From the NCBI RefSeq assembly GCF_003334765.1, contig NZ_QOWT01000002.1: 64,000 nt of DNA. One strand, 5' to 3'. The notes below the pieces were generated by a model. That model searched no databases, had not been told where the DNA came from, and saw nothing but the letters and a program-made list of their open reading frames with translations. The stretch comes from Escherichia coli (GTDB taxonomy: Bacteria; Pseudomonadota; Gammaproteobacteria; Enterobacterales; Enterobacteriaceae). Below, piece after piece: positions 26,019 through 42,164 of this stretch (within the stretch, counting starts at the first letter, position 1; every line of letters begins with the position of its first letter). The translations under genes were made by a program, and so were the position numbers.

Positions 26019-26588
26019 TTATGCGCCCTGCCAGCGGGCAAAGAGATCTTCAGGAAGGGTTATCGCAAACTGGTCAAGAACACGATTAACCGTCTGATTT
26101 ATCACATCATCAAGGGATTGCGGGCGATGATAAAACGCCGGAACGGGAGGCATAATCACCGCACCGATTTCTGCCGCCTGAGTCATTAAACGCAGATGGC
26201 CTAAGTGCAATGGTGTTTCACGCACGCAGAGCACCAACGGGCGACGCTCTTTCAGCACCACATCTGCCGCACGGGTCAGTAAGCCATCAGTATAGCTATG
26301 GACAATGCCGGAAAGGGTTTTGATTGAACAGGGTAAAATCACCATCCCCAGCGTCTGGAAAGAACCGGAAGAGATGCTGGCGGCAATATCGCGCGCATCG
26401 TGCGTGACATCGGCTAATGCCTGCACTTCGCGCAGAGAAAAATCCGTTTCGAGGGATAAGGTCTGGCGCGCTGCCTGGCTCATCACCAGATGCGTTTCGA
26501 TATCTGTGACATCGCGCAGAACCTGTAATAAGCGCACGCCATAAATCGCGCCGCTGGCACCGCTGATGCCTACAATGAGTCGTTTCAT
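26019..26588 (-). CDS. ubiX: Flavin prenyltransferase UbiX
   Basis: 189-aa ORF matching UbiX. Confidence 0.96.
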   Translation of the reverse strand: MKRLIVGISGASGAIYGVRLLQVLRDVTDIETHLVMSQAARQTLSLETDFSLREVQALADVTHDARDIAASISSGSFQTLGMVILPCSIKTLSGIVHSYTDGLLTRAADVVLKERRPLVLCVRETPLHLGHLRLMTQAAEIGAVIMPPVPAFYHRPQSLDDVINQTVNRVLDQFAITLPEDLFARWQGA

Positions 26589-26682
26589 AAATAGTTGCCC
26601 TGTCAGACTTGCAGGCAGACTTTGCAGGATTTCGGCGGGAGTTGCAAGTCAGGGTGCCAGACCGGCACCCTCAGCGAAGGCA

Positions 26683-28200
26683 TCATCCTTCGTTATGCAT
26701 TTCGAGATTTTCCACTTCGTTCTGACGTTGCACTGCTTTGGCGTCATCATTACGTAACGTATCGAGGAAATCGAGGTAGCCCTGATCAACATCTTTGGTG
26801 ACGTAGACGCCGTTGAACACCGAGCATTCAAACTGCTGGATATCCGGATTTTCAGCGCGAACGGCGTCGATCAGATCGTTCAGATCCTGGAAAATCAACC
26901 CGTCAGCACCGATGATCTGGCGAATTTCATCAACTTCGCGACCGTGAGCGATCAGTTCCGTGGCGCTCGGCATATCAATACCATAAACGTTCGGGAAGCG
27001 AATTTCCGGTGCCGCAGAAGCGAGGTACACTTTCTTCGCTCCGGCTTCGCGTGCCATCTCGATAATCTGCTCAGAAGTGGTGCCACGGACGATGGAGTCG
27101 TCGACCAGCAGGACGTTTTTATCGCGGAACTCGGCGCGGTTGGCATTCAGTTTACGGCGCACGGACTTACGACGCAGCTGCTGGCCCGGCATGATAAAGG
27201 TGCGGCCAACATAGCGGTTTTTAACGAAGCCCTGGCGGTACGGTTTGCCCAGAATACGAGCAATTTCCAGCGCGATATCACACGAGGTTTCTGGGATCGG
27301 GATCACCACGTCGATATCCAGATCTTCCCATTCGCGGGCAATTTTCTCGCCCAGTTTCGTGCCCATATTCACACGCGCGCTGTAAACGGAAATTTTGTCG
27401 ATAAACGAGTCCGGGCGGGCAAAGTATACATACTCAAACAGGCACGGATTGCTGACCGGATTGTCAGCACATTGACGGGTAAACAACTGCCCTTCTTCAG
27501 TGATGTAAATCGCTTCGCCCGGCGCGACGTCACGCAGGAAATCAAAGCCCAGCGTATCGAGCGCTACGCTTTCGGAAGCGACCATATATTCTGTACGGTT
27601 CTCGTCAATATCACGTTTTCCCAGTACCAGCGGACGAATCCCGTTTGGATCGCGGAAAGCAACCATACCGTGGCCGATAATCATCGCCACACAGGCATAC
27701 GCGCCGCGGATTAAGCGGTTTGTGGCAGCAATGGCAGCGAAAATATTGTCGGCTTCCAGCGGGTAGTGGCGGAAGTTGTCCAGCTCGCTGGCGAAGATAT
27801 TAAGCAGAATTTCCGAGTCGGAAGTGGTGTTGATGTGGCGGCGTTTTTCTTCAAACAGTTTTTTACGCAACTCGTGAGCGTTGGTCAGATTGCCGTTGTG
27901 GGCAAGCGTAATGCCATACGGGGAGTTAACGTAAAACGGCTGCGCTTCAGAGGCGCTGGAGCTGCCAGCCGTGGGGTAACGCACATGACCAATGCCCATA
28001 TTGCCCTGCAAACGCTGCATATGGCGAGCTTCAAATACATCGCTCACCAGCCCGTTCGCTTTACGCAAACGGAAGCAGTTATTGGCATCTATGGTGATGA
28101 TGCCGGCGGCATCCTGACCGCGATGCTGAAGCACCGTTAAGGCATCATAAATCGACTGGTTAACCGGCATAACACCGGCGATACCGACAATACCGCACAT
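26683..28200 (-). CDS. purF: Amidophosphoribosyltransferase
   Basis: 505-aa ORF matching PurF; N-terminal MCGIVGI (catalytic Cys after Met). Confidence 0.97.
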
Positions 28201-28236
28201 ACGTCTTTTTCCTCGTTAAGCCACATCTCAGAGCAC

Positions 28237-28725
28237 TTACGCTCTGGGCAAGAAACTTGACGAGCTTTGCAGATAATCAAAAAACCATCTGATGATAAAA
28301 CTGAATTGCGGGATCAGCTGTGATTTGCTCCAGTCTTCGCTTTTCGACACCCCGGTAAAGGAGTCGAGAAAGAAGAGAATGGCAGCAACAATCAACACAC
28401 CGCGCAACGCACCGAAACAGACGCCCAGCACCCGATCGGTGCCTGACAACCCCGTTTTCTCCACCAACTGGCCTATCACGAAGTTCACGATAGCACCAAC
28501 GATCAGGGTAGCGATAAACAGTACCGCGATGGCAATCCCATTTCGAACCAGTTCGTCTTCAAAGCCCGTAAACCAGACTGACAGGTAAGTGTAGTAATGA
28601 CTGGCAACAAAGAAAGCACAACCCCATGTCACCAGCGATAACGCTTCACGAACAAAGCCGCGGATCAGGCTAACCAGAGAGGAAAAAGCAATCACCGCGA
28701 TTATGGCGTAATCAATCCAGACCAT
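28237..28725 (-). CDS. cvpA: Colicin V production membrane protein CvpA
   Basis: 162-aa hydrophobic ORF matching CvpA; immediately upstream of purF in the same orientation. Confidence 0.95.
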   Translation of the reverse strand: MVWIDYAIIAVIAFSSLVSLIRGFVREALSLVTWGCAFFVASHYYTYLSVWFTGFEDELVRNGIAIAVLFIATLIVGAIVNFVIGQLVEKTGLSGTDRVLGVCFGALRGVLIVAAILFFLDSFTGVSKSEDWSKSQLIPQFSFIIRWFFDYLQSSSSFLPRA

Positions 28726-28781
28726 ATGTGTCCCACGATTTTACGCCCTGTCATCCTGTTCGGGGCGCATTCTAACAGAAA

Positions 28782-28797
28782 AAGAAAACGTTTGCGT
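28782..28797 (-). promoter_or_regulatory. PurR operator (PUR box) of the cvpA-purF operon
   Basis: Plus strand aagaaaacgtttgcgt is the exact reverse complement of the PurR consensus ACGCAAACGTTTTCTT; about 57 nt upstream of the cvpA start. Confidence 0.85.
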
Positions 28798-28889
28798 AGG
28801 GATTTCCTTCCCGCGCATCAATAAAAATGGCGCTGAAAAAATATTCAACGCCATCGACTTTTTATGCCTTTGCGGCATCGGGCAATGCG

Positions 28890-28976
28890 TGTCGGATGCG
28901 GCGTAAACGCCTTATCCGACCTACGGTTCTACCCCTGCGTAGGCCTGATAAGACGCGCCAGCGTCGCATCAGGCAA
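28890..28976. repeat. REP pair (BIME) between cvpA and dedD
   Basis: gtcggatgcggcgtaaacgccttatccgacctacg followed by inverted copy gtaggcctgataagacgcg...gtcgcatcaggc: classic REP palindromes. Confidence 0.85.
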
Positions 28977-28983
28977 GACCGTA

Positions 28984-29646
28984 TTAATTCGGCGTATAGC
29001 CCATTACCACGCCACTTAAGCCAGAAAGTTGCTTCAACTCACCCAGCGAACCTTTCAGCTTATCTTTCGAGGCATCCGGCCCAACCAGAATACGGGTAAT
29101 TTTACCCTGCACTGGCGTGGATGGCGACGTATAAACCCGATAACCGGCACCGCGCAGCTTACCGACAATCTCATTCACTTTATCGGCATTTTTCAGCGCA
29201 CCCAGTTGCACAACATAGGCTTTACCCGTCGGTGCAGCTTTTTCTTCCACGACCGGCTTCGGTTCTGGCTTCGGCGCAGGTGGTGCTTCAACCTTTGGTT
29301 TAGGCGGCTCCACCGGTTTCGGCTTCGGTGGGGCGACCGGTGCAGGTTCCGGTTCAAACTCGGTGTTATTGGCTGCAATAGTGGCCGGATCGAGCGACGG
29401 TGCTGCGGCATCACCTGCCCGCACCTCTTCCGCTGCGCCTTCCGGCGGCTGCGTCGGTAACGCCTGGGTGGCGGCTGGCATCATATCAGGCTCATCACGA
29501 TCGCCCGCTTTCGGCACCAGCGGGATAGCCGCGAACTCATCCTGATAATGTTTTTTCTGCCCGTCCAGCAGCCCTGGAAGTACAATCACCCCCAGCGCCA
29601 CCAGCACGATCGTGCCCACTAACCGATTCTGAAACTTACTTGCCAC
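28984..29646 (-). CDS. dedD: Cell division protein DedD (SPOR domain)
   Basis: ORF matches DedD; 220 aa from the GTG at 29644-29646 (the ORF extends 6 codons further, to 29664); N-terminal TM helix, Pro/Lys/Ala-rich linker, C-terminal SPOR domain. Confidence 0.9.
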   Translation of the reverse strand: MASKFQNRLVGTIVLVALGVIVLPGLLDGQKKHYQDEFAAIPLVPKAGDRDEPDMMPAATQALPTQPPEGAAEEVRAGDAAAPSLDPATIAANNTEFEPEPAPVAPPKPKPVEPPKPKVEAPPAPKPEPKPVVEEKAAPTGKAYVVQLGALKNADKVNEIVGKLRGAGYRVYTSPSTPVQGKITRILVGPDASKDKLKGSLGELKQLSGLSGVVMGYTPN

Positions 29647-30904
29647 CGCTTCTCCTCGCGTCAATCACTTCCATGACATGTGCGACCGTGTGGAAAGAAC
29701 CACACACCAGCACGGTGTCTTCCGCTTTAGCGTCCGCCATTGCGGCATCCCATGCCTGCGCAACGCTATCAAATGATTTGCCGTTACCCAAATGCTCAAG
29801 CAGTTGTTCTGCCGTGGCACCGCGCGGCCCTTCCAGTGGCGCACAATACCAGTCATCAACCACGCTTTTCAACCAGGCCAGAGTTCCGGCAATATCTTTA
29901 TCATGTAGCATACCGATAACCGCCAGCACGCGCCCGTTTTTCGGTAGCGCTTTCATACGCCCGGTGAGATATTCCGCCGCATGTGGATTATGCGCGACAT
30001 CAAAAATAACGCGTGGCGACTCGCTCACAATCTGGAAACGTCCCGGCAAAATTGCGCTGGCAATCCCGTCGCGAATGGCATTTTCACTGACTTCCAGCCC
30101 GCTGGCACGCAGTGCCGCCAGCGCTGTTGCGGCATTCGGTTGCGGGACAAGCGGCAACGGCAGATTTTCCAGCGTGCCGTGAGCATCGCTAAACGCCCAG
30201 TCATGATCGGTGACGGAATAGTTCCACTCAACGCCCCGACGTTGTAACAGTGCACCTTTTTCCTGCGCCACATCAGCAATGGTAGAAGGCATTTCCGGCT
30301 CACCGACAATTGCCGGTTTTTCGCTGCGGAAGATGCCTGCTTTCTCGCGACCAATACTTTCGCGATCTGGACCCAGCCAGTCGGTATGATCCAGCGCAAT
30401 ACTGGTTACTACCGCGACATCGGCGTCGACAATATTGGTTGCGTCCAGACGACCGCCCAGCCCTACTTCCAGAATCACCACGTCAAGTTGTGCCTGCTTG
30501 AACAGCCACAACGCCGACAGCGTACCGTACTCGAAATAGGTCAGGGAAATATCACCGCGTGCCGATTCAATCTCCGCAAAAGAGGCGGTGTGGGCCGATT
30601 CCGGCAATTCCTGGCCCTGCACACGTACGCGCTCGGTATAACGCACCAGATGAGGCGAACTGTAGACGCCCACTTTGTACCCTGCCGCCATCAGAATCGA
30701 CTCCAGCGTACGGCAGGTGGTGCCTTTGCCATTCGTACCCGCAACGGTAAACACAAATGGCGCTGGTTTCAGGACGCCAAGACGCGCCGCGACCAGGCTC
30801 ACGCGCTCAAGGCCGAGATCGATAGTTTTACTGTGCAGGTTTTCCAGATAAGAAAGCCACGAAGCCAGAGGCGACGCGGCTTGAGGAGTGCGTTTGATAA
30901 TCAT
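29636..30904 (-). CDS. folC: Dihydrofolate synthase / folylpolyglutamate synthase
   Basis: 422-aa ORF matching FolC; 3' end overlaps the dedD start by 11 nt. Confidence 0.96.
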   Translation of the reverse strand: MIIKRTPQAASPLASWLSYLENLHSKTIDLGLERVSLVAARLGVLKPAPFVFTVAGTNGKGTTCRTLESILMAAGYKVGVYSSPHLVRYTERVRVQGQELPESAHTASFAEIESARGDISLTYFEYGTLSALWLFKQAQLDVVILEVGLGGRLDATNIVDADVAVVTSIALDHTDWLGPDRESIGREKAGIFRSEKPAIVGEPEMPSTIADVAQEKGALLQRRGVEWNYSVTDHDWAFSDAHGTLENLPLPLVPQPNAATALAALRASGLEVSENAIRDGIASAILPGRFQIVSESPRVIFDVAHNPHAAEYLTGRMKALPKNGRVLAVIGMLHDKDIAGTLAWLKSVVDDWYCAPLEGPRGATAEQLLEHLGNGKSFDSVAQAWDAAMADAKAEDTVLVCGSFHTVAHVMEVIDARRSGGK

Positions 30905-30973
30905 GGTATCCGCTGATTCGTTACGGTGAGAATAGCAAAAGGGCAGAGCCAGTGGCCCTGCCCTTATCAGTTA

Positions 30974-31888
30974 TCAGGCCTCAGGTTCCTGATCCGGTAC
31001 CGGGGGTACCACTACGCCTTCACGCGGCGCTTCAGGATTCGGCGCTGGCAGATTCATCAACTTCGCCAGAATGCTCGCCAGTTTCAGGCGCATTTCCGGA
31101 CGACGGACGATCATGTCGATCGCGCCTTTCTCGATCAGGAATTCACTGCGCTGGAATCCAGGCGGCAGTTTTTCGCGAACGGTCTGTTCGATAACACGCG
31201 GACCGGCAAAGCCGATTAACGCTTTCGGTTCAGCGATGTTGAGATCGCCCAGCATGGCGAAACTTGCAGAAACACCGCCCATCGTCGGGTCGGTCAGCAC
31301 GGAGATGTACGGCAAGCCGCGCTCCTGCATTTTTGCCAGTGCCGCAGAGGTTTTCGCCATCTGCATCAGCGACATCAGTGCTTCCTGCATACGTGCGCCA
31401 CCAGAGGCGGAGAAGCAGATCAGCGGGCAGTTATCTTCCAGCGCCTGCTCAACGGCACGCACGAAACGTGCACCCACAACAGACCCCATTGAACCGCCCA
31501 TAAAGGCGAACTCGAATGCCGCAGCGACAACCGGCATTCCATACAGAGTGCCTTTCATCACCACCAGCGCATCTTTTTCGCCGGTTTCTTTCTGCGCAGA
31601 TGCCAGACGGTCTTTATACTTCTTGGAGTCACGAAACTTCAGCACATCTTTCGGCTCAAGCTCGCTACCCAGCTCCACAAGGCTTCCTTCATCTAACAGG
31701 CTATGCAGGCGATTACGCGCTGTCATACGCATGTGATGGTCACACTTCGGACAGACCTCAAGATTACGTTCCAGCTCAGCGCGGTATAAAACCTGACCGC
31801 AGCTATCACACTTAGTCCACACCCCTTCAGGAATGCTCGCCTTGCGGGTGGGAGTAATGTTGCTTTTAATTCGTTCAATCCAGCTCAT
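30974..31888 (-). CDS. accD: Acetyl-CoA carboxylase carboxyltransferase subunit beta
   Basis: ORF matches AccD; 304 aa from MSWIERIK (ATG 31886-31888); N-terminal Cys4 zinc finger CxxC...CxxC present. The ORF remains open 28 codons upstream of this ATG. Confidence 0.95.
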
Positions 31889-32043
31889 TAGGGACCTTTC
31901 TGTCTGAACCTGGTTCGATGCCAGTTTTATCTTTGGGGACGCATAATGCCATTTTTGCCCCCAACAGACCATGAATGTTGCACATTAAAACATAACAGCC
32001 CGAAACTTTGGATAAAAAAGTGGTCGAACCGCGGAGTTACTTT

Positions 32044-32703
32044 TTATTTTGCGGCGCGTGCCGCAGCGCGTTTGTGACGGATTATTTCGATGACGCCCGG
32101 CAAAATAGAAACCACAATAATCCCGACGATCAGCAGCTTAAGGTTATCCTGAACCATCGGGATTGTACCGAAGAAATAGCCTGCGTAGGTAAAAAGCAGT
32201 ACCCACAACAGTGCGCCGATCACGTTATAAGCGGCGAAATGACGGTACGACATGTGGCCCATTCCCGCAACAAACGGGGCGAACGTTCTGACGATCGGCA
32301 CAAAACGGGCGAGAATAATCGTTTTGCCGCCATGTTTCTCATAAAACTGATGGGTTTTGTCGAGATAACTGCGACGGAAAATTTTCGAATTGGGATTACT
32401 GAACAACTTTTCACCGAACAACCGCCCGATAGTGTAATTGACCGCGTCACCCACAATCGCGGCGATCAGCATCAGCACCACCATCATATGGACGTTGAGA
32501 TCGTTGGTTTCCAGTGATGCCAACGCTCCGGCAACAAACAGCAATGAATCACCCGGTAAAAACGGCGTTACCACCAGACCGGTTTCACAGAACAAAATTA
32601 AGAACAAAATGGCATAAACCCAGACGCCGTACTCCGCGACCAGCTCTGCCAGATGCACGTCAATGTGCAGGATAAAATCGATGAGGAAATAAATCAGGTC
32701 CAT
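32044..32703 (-). CDS. dedA: DedA-family inner-membrane protein
   Basis: 219-aa ORF matching DedA. Confidence 0.95.
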   Translation of the reverse strand: MDLIYFLIDFILHIDVHLAELVAEYGVWVYAILFLILFCETGLVVTPFLPGDSLLFVAGALASLETNDLNVHMMVVLMLIAAIVGDAVNYTIGRLFGEKLFSNPNSKIFRRSYLDKTHQFYEKHGGKTIILARFVPIVRTFAPFVAGMGHMSYRHFAAYNVIGALLWVLLFTYAGYFFGTIPMVQDNLKLLIVGIIVVSILPGVIEIIRHKRAAARAAK

Positions 32704-32785
32704 ATTTGCCTATGCCTTGTACTCGTCATCTTTCAGGCTGTAACTACGTTGGCTACAGCCTGAAATGTTCCGAGCATTATTCTCG

Positions 32786-33598
32786 TTAGTCCGCCAGAAA
32801 TAGCGGGCCCATTGGCGGTTTTGGAAGATCATACCGGTCAGGGTAATCCACCGCGACCAGATACAGCCCTTCCGCTTTTGCCGTTGCTGCCGCCAGCGTT
32901 CTGTCCTTTGCCGCCAGCAACTCTGCTATCCAGCTCTCCGGCTGGTTGTGGGCACCGACTTCCATCAGGCTGCCGACAATATTCCTGACCATATGATGTA
33001 CAAAAGCATTCGCTTTAATATCTACCACCACATAAGGACCGTGACGCGTGACATTAATATGCATAACGTTGCGCCACGGGGTTCGGGACTGGCACTGCAC
33101 CGCACGGAACGAGGTGAAATCATTCTCGCCCAGCAAGCATTGCGCAGCCCGATGCATCCGTTCAGCGTCCAGCGGTTCGTAAAAATGGGTTACCCCTTTA
33201 CTCAGTACCGCCGGGCGCAGCCGATGATTGTAGATGATGTAGCGATAACGGCGAGCCGTGGCGCTAAATCGGGCATGAAAATCATCAGGTACAGCTTTAA
33301 CCCAACGCACAGCGATGTCACCAGGTAAATTCGCATTTACGCCCAAGGTCCACGCCGCGTCTTTGCGCAGCGCGGTTGTTTCGAAATGCACAACCTGCCC
33401 GGTACCGTGTACCCCTGCGTCAGTACGCCCGGCGCAGAAGACGGTGATGGGTTCGTTCGCCACCTGGGAGAGCGCCTTTTCCAGCTTCTCCTGCACACTG
33501 CGGACTTCGTTCTGCCGTTGCCAGCCGTAATACTTACTGCCGTCGTACTCAATGCCCAGCGCAATTTTATAAACTGGCGGTTGTTGCTGGTCGGACAT
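32786..33598 (-). CDS. truA: tRNA pseudouridine(38-40) synthase
   Basis: 270-aa ORF matching TruA; start codon overlaps the usg stop by 1 nt (TAATG). Confidence 0.96.
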   Translation of the reverse strand: MSDQQQPPVYKIALGIEYDGSKYYGWQRQNEVRSVQEKLEKALSQVANEPITVFCAGRTDAGVHGTGQVVHFETTALRKDAAWTLGVNANLPGDIAVRWVKAVPDDFHARFSATARRYRYIIYNHRLRPAVLSKGVTHFYEPLDAERMHRAAQCLLGENDFTSFRAVQCQSRTPWRNVMHINVTRHGPYVVVDIKANAFVHHMVRNIVGSLMEVGAHNQPESWIAELLAAKDRTLAAATAKAEGLYLVAVDYPDRYDLPKPPMGPLFLAD

Positions 33599-34611
33599 TA
33601 GTACAGATACTCCTGCACCAGTTTCTCGGCGATTTTTACTGCCATCAGCGCGCCGCCAAAGCGAACGTTATCGGCCACCGACCAGAACTGGACTTGCTCC
33701 GGCATACCGTAGTCATTACGCACGCAGCCAACAGAAAGATGCGGCGTACCCGAAGCATCACCTACCTGAGTTGGGAATTCGTTCTCTTCAGAGAGCACAA
33801 TATCTTCGCCTTGAACAAACGCATCACGCGCTTCTTCTGCTGCCAGTGGACGCAGAGCTTCAAAGTTGACCATCTGGGCATGACCGTAGAATACCGGTGC
33901 CTGGACGACGCTAGCCGAAATCATCAGCCCTTCGTCCTGCAGGATTTTGCGTACTTCGTCAACGATACGACGTTCTTCACGCACGCTACCTTCGCTATCC
34001 GGCAGTAACGGCAGCATGTTGAACGCCAGCTGACGCCCGAAGAAATCTTCTTCGTCAATCGGAATGCCGTTGAGCAATTTCGCACTCTGCCCCGCTAACG
34101 CATCGACCGCTTTTTTGCCCTGGGCGGAGGCTGAAATCAGGCTGGTAACGCTGATACGTGATAAACCGCCCTGATCGATTAACGGTTTCAGTGCCGCCAG
34201 CAGCTGGCTGGTCAGACTGTCTGGTACGGCGATGACATTCCGGTTCCGGTAATCTGTCAGTACAAACGGGTTTACTTCCGGCACCACCAGCGGTACGTCG
34301 GGTTCGAGAGCAAACAATCCACTGCTGTCGATCACCAGGCAACCTGAGTTGGTCGCTTCTTCAACCCAGGCAGCGGTAGCTTCTTTGCCTGCGACAAAAA
34401 ATGCCAGCTGCGCCTGCGTCCAGTCGAATTCAGCGGCATCCTGCACGGTGATTGTCTTACCACCAAAGCGCAGTTGTTCGCCTGCGCTTTCGTTACGTGC
34501 CAGTGCATAAATTTCCCCAACCGGGAACTGACGTTCAGCCAGCGTTTCAAGCAGGGCTTCGCCCACAGCGCCAGTTGCGCCCAGGACGGCAATGTTCCAG
34601 CCTTCAGACAT
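33598..34611 (-). CDS. usg: USG-1 protein (aspartate-semialdehyde dehydrogenase homolog)
   Basis: 337-aa ORF matching Usg; N-terminal GATGAVG Rossmann motif. Confidence 0.95.
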
Positions 34612-34676
34612 GGTGGTTTACTCCAGAAATAGCAAAGCTCCCTGCCAATGTTACAGCAGAGAGCATGAAGAAGAGA

Positions 34677-35813
34677 TTAACGTGCCGGATGATGAACGGC
34701 GTTAAAACCCAGTTTACACAGCAATGATGCCGCACTGGCGTCATCACAAATTACATACAGAGATGACCATTCACGGCGCTCAAGATAGTTTTTGCGCAGT
34801 TTATCGAACTCACCCGGTATCCCGGCGACTTTACGCAGCGGTGCGTCATCGCGGCGCACATCATACACCAAATGCACCAGCCTTTTCAGCGTCGGTTGAT
34901 CGAGCGGGCCATGCAGCGTAATGCGACCAAACTCTGGCGCAGGCAGTAATGTATCCAGCGCAACGTGCTGTTCATGCCCAATAAACTTGCTATAAGCTTC
35001 AAACACTTGCGTAGTACCGCGTGCTTTACCTTCCAGGGTATAGCCTGCGATATGCGGCGTGCCGATATCCACTTTTTTCAGCAGCTCGACGTTGAGTTCC
35101 GGTTCGCCTTCCCAGACATCCAGCACTACGCTTAACTTCTGGCCTTCATTCAGGCAGGTCAGCAACGCAGTATTATCGACGACTGCGCCACGGCAGGCGT
35201 TAATCAGAATCGCTCCGGGCTTCAGGCTACGGATCAGTTTTTCATCCGCCAGATGTAGCGTTTTGTACGGACCATCTTTAAAGAGTGGCGTATGGAAAGT
35301 CAGAATATCCGCGCGCTGGACTAACTCATCCAGCGAGCGGAAATCACCCTCATCCCCACGGTCGGCGCGAGGCGGATCGCAAAGTAAGGTTTTAATCCCT
35401 AACGCTTCCAGTCGCGCCTGCAATCGACGTCCAACGTTACCAACGCCCACGATCCCCACCGTACGGTCGTACAGTGAAAATCCATCGCGTTCGGCAAGCA
35501 TCAGCAGGGAGGAGAAAACATATTCCACCACCGCAATCGCATTACAGCCAGGTGCAGCGGAAAAACCAATTCCCGCCTGCTTCAACCATGCTTCATCGAC
35601 ATGGTCGGTCCCCGCAGTGGCAGTGCCAACAAATTTAATGGGTTTTCCTGCCAGCAAAGATTCATTCACTTTCGTGACCGAACGCACCATCAGCGCATCC
35701 GCGTCTGCCAGTTGAGCGACGGGGATTGGACGCCCGGGAACCGCGGTCACCTCACCCAAACGGCTAAATAAGTCGCGGGCATAAGGCATATTTTCATCAA
35801 CAAGGATTTTCAC
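34677..35813 (-). CDS. pdxB: Erythronate-4-phosphate dehydrogenase
   Basis: 378-aa ORF matching PdxB; GTG start; 2-hydroxyacid dehydrogenase NAD motif GIVGVGNVG. Confidence 0.96.
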   Translation of the reverse strand: MKILVDENMPYARDLFSRLGEVTAVPGRPIPVAQLADADALMVRSVTKVNESLLAGKPIKFVGTATAGTDHVDEAWLKQAGIGFSAAPGCNAIAVVEYVFSSLLMLAERDGFSLYDRTVGIVGVGNVGRRLQARLEALGIKTLLCDPPRADRGDEGDFRSLDELVQRADILTFHTPLFKDGPYKTLHLADEKLIRSLKPGAILINACRGAVVDNTALLTCLNEGQKLSVVLDVWEGEPELNVELLKKVDIGTPHIAGYTLEGKARGTTQVFEAYSKFIGHEQHVALDTLLPAPEFGRITLHGPLDQPTLKRLVHLVYDVRRDDAPLRKVAGIPGEFDKLRKNYLERREWSSLYVICDDASAASLLCKLGFNAVHHPAR

Positions 35814-35911
35814 GTTTGTGTTACCTGTATGAGACGAGAGTTAACCGGACAAGTGTGCCATAATCTCGCGGCCAGGCATACTTGCGAAGATTTCAGGTAT
35901 AAGGATACGTA

Positions 35912-38085
<2,174 letters not shown>

Positions 38086-38244
38086 TTACTCCAGAATGCA
38101 GCGCAAGGCGAGGAGTATCCCCGTCTCATCTCTCTGGTTTCAGGGTTACGGTGCGTTGGCAGGATTTAACGCGTACGTCTTTTCAGAAGGAAATCGACAA
38201 AGCGGGAAGTTTGCCTGGAACTGGCGGCGATTGTCAATGATGTG

Positions 38245-38271
38245 AAAAAGGGAACCATCAGGTTCCCTTTT
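38245..38271. terminator. Hairpin terminator between fabB and yfcJ
   Basis: gggaacc-atca-ggttccc hairpin flanked by an A-run on one side and a T-run on the other. Confidence 0.6.
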
Positions 38272-38289
38272 GCGTTAGTGCCGGAGGCC

Positions 38290-38340
38290 GCATTGGCGCG
38301 TAACGTCGGATGCGACGCTGGCGCGTCTACTCCGACCTAC
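38290..38340. repeat. REP-like element downstream of fabB
   Basis: gcgcgtaacgtcggatgcgacgctggcgcgtctactccgacctac resembles the REP consensus. Confidence 0.5.
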
Positions 38341-38346
38341 TGCGAA

Positions 38347-39567
38347 TTAATCTTTCAGCTTGCGCATTACCAGCGTGGCGTTGGTGCCGCCGAAGCCGAA
38401 GCTGTTAGACATAACGGTGGTCAGTTCGCGATCGGTCGTTTCGGTCACGATGTTCAGACCCGCAGCCTGCTCGTCCAGCTCTTCAATGTTGATGCTCGGG
38501 GCGATAAAGCCGTGTTCCAGCATCAGCAGAGAGTAGATAGCTTCCTGTACGCCAGCAGCGCCCAGAGAGTGACCGGTCATGGCTTTGGTTGCAGAAATCG
38601 CCGGGCTCTTATCGCCGAACACTTCACGGATAGCTGCCAGCTCTTTCACGTCGCCAACCGGAGTCGAAGTACCGTGGGAGTTCAGGTAATCGATTGGGGT
38701 ATCAACGCCATGCATCGCCATCTTCATGCAGCGTACTGCGCCTTCGCCAGACGGAGCAACCATGTCTGCACCATCAGAGGTTGCGCCGTAGCCAACGATT
38801 TCAGCATAGATGTGAGCACCACGCGCCAGCGCGTGTTCCAGCTCTTCAACCACTACCATACCGCCGCCGCCAGCGATAACGAAACCGTCACGGTGAGCGT
38901 CGTAAGTACGGGAGGCTTTTTCCGGGGTGTCGTTGTATTTAGTAGACAGCGCACCCATTGCGTCGAATTCGCAAGCCATTTCCCAGCACAGCTCTTCGCC
39001 GCCGCCAGCAAACACGATGTCCTGTTTGCCCAGTTGGATCTGCTCTACTGCGTTACCGATACAGTGTGCGGAAGTCGCACACGCGGAGCTGATGGAGTAG
39101 TTAACGCCATGAATTTTAAACGGGGTGGCGAGGCAGGCAGAAACGCCGGATGCCATCGCTTTGGTGACCACATACGGGCCAACCGCTTTCAGGCCGCGCG
39201 GGCCGCGCATTGCGTCAGCGCCGAACACCTGGAAACGCGGGGAGCCGCCGCCGGAACCTGCAATCAGGCCAACGCGCGGGTTATTCTGGTAAGCTTCCGG
39301 AGAGAGGCCCGCATCAGCGATTGCCTGCTCCATAGAAAGGAATGCATAAATGGATGCGTCGCTCATAAAACGCACAACTTTGCGGTCAATGAGGCCAGTG
39401 GTATCCAGTTTTACGTTGCCCCAGACGTGGCTACGCATGCCGGAATCCTTCAGCTCCTGAGAGAAAGTGATCCCTGAACGTCCTTCACGCAGAGATGCCA
39501 GGACTTCCTGCTGGTTATTACCGATGCTGGAAACAATGCCCAGGCCAGTAATCACTGCACGTTTCAT
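38347..39567 (-). CDS. fabB: 3-oxoacyl-ACP synthase I (KAS I)
   Basis: 406-aa ORF matching FabB. Confidence 0.97.
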
Positions 39568-39614
39568 TCAATACCTCTGTAAGTCGCACATAGAGTAAGT
39601 TTCGAATGCACAAT

Positions 39615-39632
39615 AGCGTACACTTGTACGCC
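39615..39632 (-). promoter_or_regulatory. FabR operator in the fabB promoter
   Basis: Near-palindrome agcgtacacttgtacgcc (minus strand GGCGTACAAGTGTACGCT) about 50 nt upstream of the fabB start; matches the remembered FabR site shared by fabA and fabB. Confidence 0.7.
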
Positions 39633-39650
39633 GAACAAGTCCGATCAGCC
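39633..39650 (-). promoter_or_regulatory. FadR activator site in the fabB promoter
   Basis: Minus strand reads GGCTGATCGGACTTGTTC, closely resembling the fabA FadR site (AACTGATCGGACTTGTTC) and the FadR core TGgTCnGAC. Confidence 0.7.
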
Positions 39651-39659
39651 ATTTAATAG

Positions 39660-41732
<2,073 letters not shown>

Positions 41733-41750
41733 TCTGCTCTCGCAGTGTTT

Positions 41751-41833
<83 letters not shown>

Positions 41834-41852
41834 CTGCTCCAGACGCCGCAAC

Positions 41853-42131
41853 TTACTGCTGTGACGCCTGCTGAAACAGGTTTTCCCACATATCGGTCAC
41901 CAGCGCCTGGTCACGCGGCGACAATTCACCAGCACCAATGGCTTTTTCCAGACTCTGGCTAACGGTCGTATGCACCGCCTGAGCGGAGTGGTCATCACCA
42001 CTTTCCAGTTCTGCGATGGCTAATGTCAGGTGGCCACGCAAATACCCACTGGCAAACAACTCATCATCACTGGCATGGTCAACCATACCGTCGATTAATG
42101 CCAGAATGCGTGATTCAAACTCCGCGATCAT
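41853..42131 (-). CDS. yfcL: Uncharacterized protein YfcL
   Basis: 92-aa ORF matching YfcL. Confidence 0.9.
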
Positions 42132-42164
42132 CTTCTTTCCTCATTGTAAAACGTGGCGCTGGCT

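Noticed and set aside
26944-27714. 256-aa ORF antisense to purF
   Set aside because: Antisense shadow ORF; purF is unambiguous.
29598-29605. Chi-site octamers (GCTGGTGG / ccaccagc), e.g. at 29598, 31561 and about 48414
   Set aside because: Chi sites occur every few kb in E. coli; these are expected background, not a special feature.
38242-39477. 411-aa ORF antisense to fabB
   Set aside because: Antisense shadow ORF of fabB; Arg/Ala/His-rich, no recognisable family.
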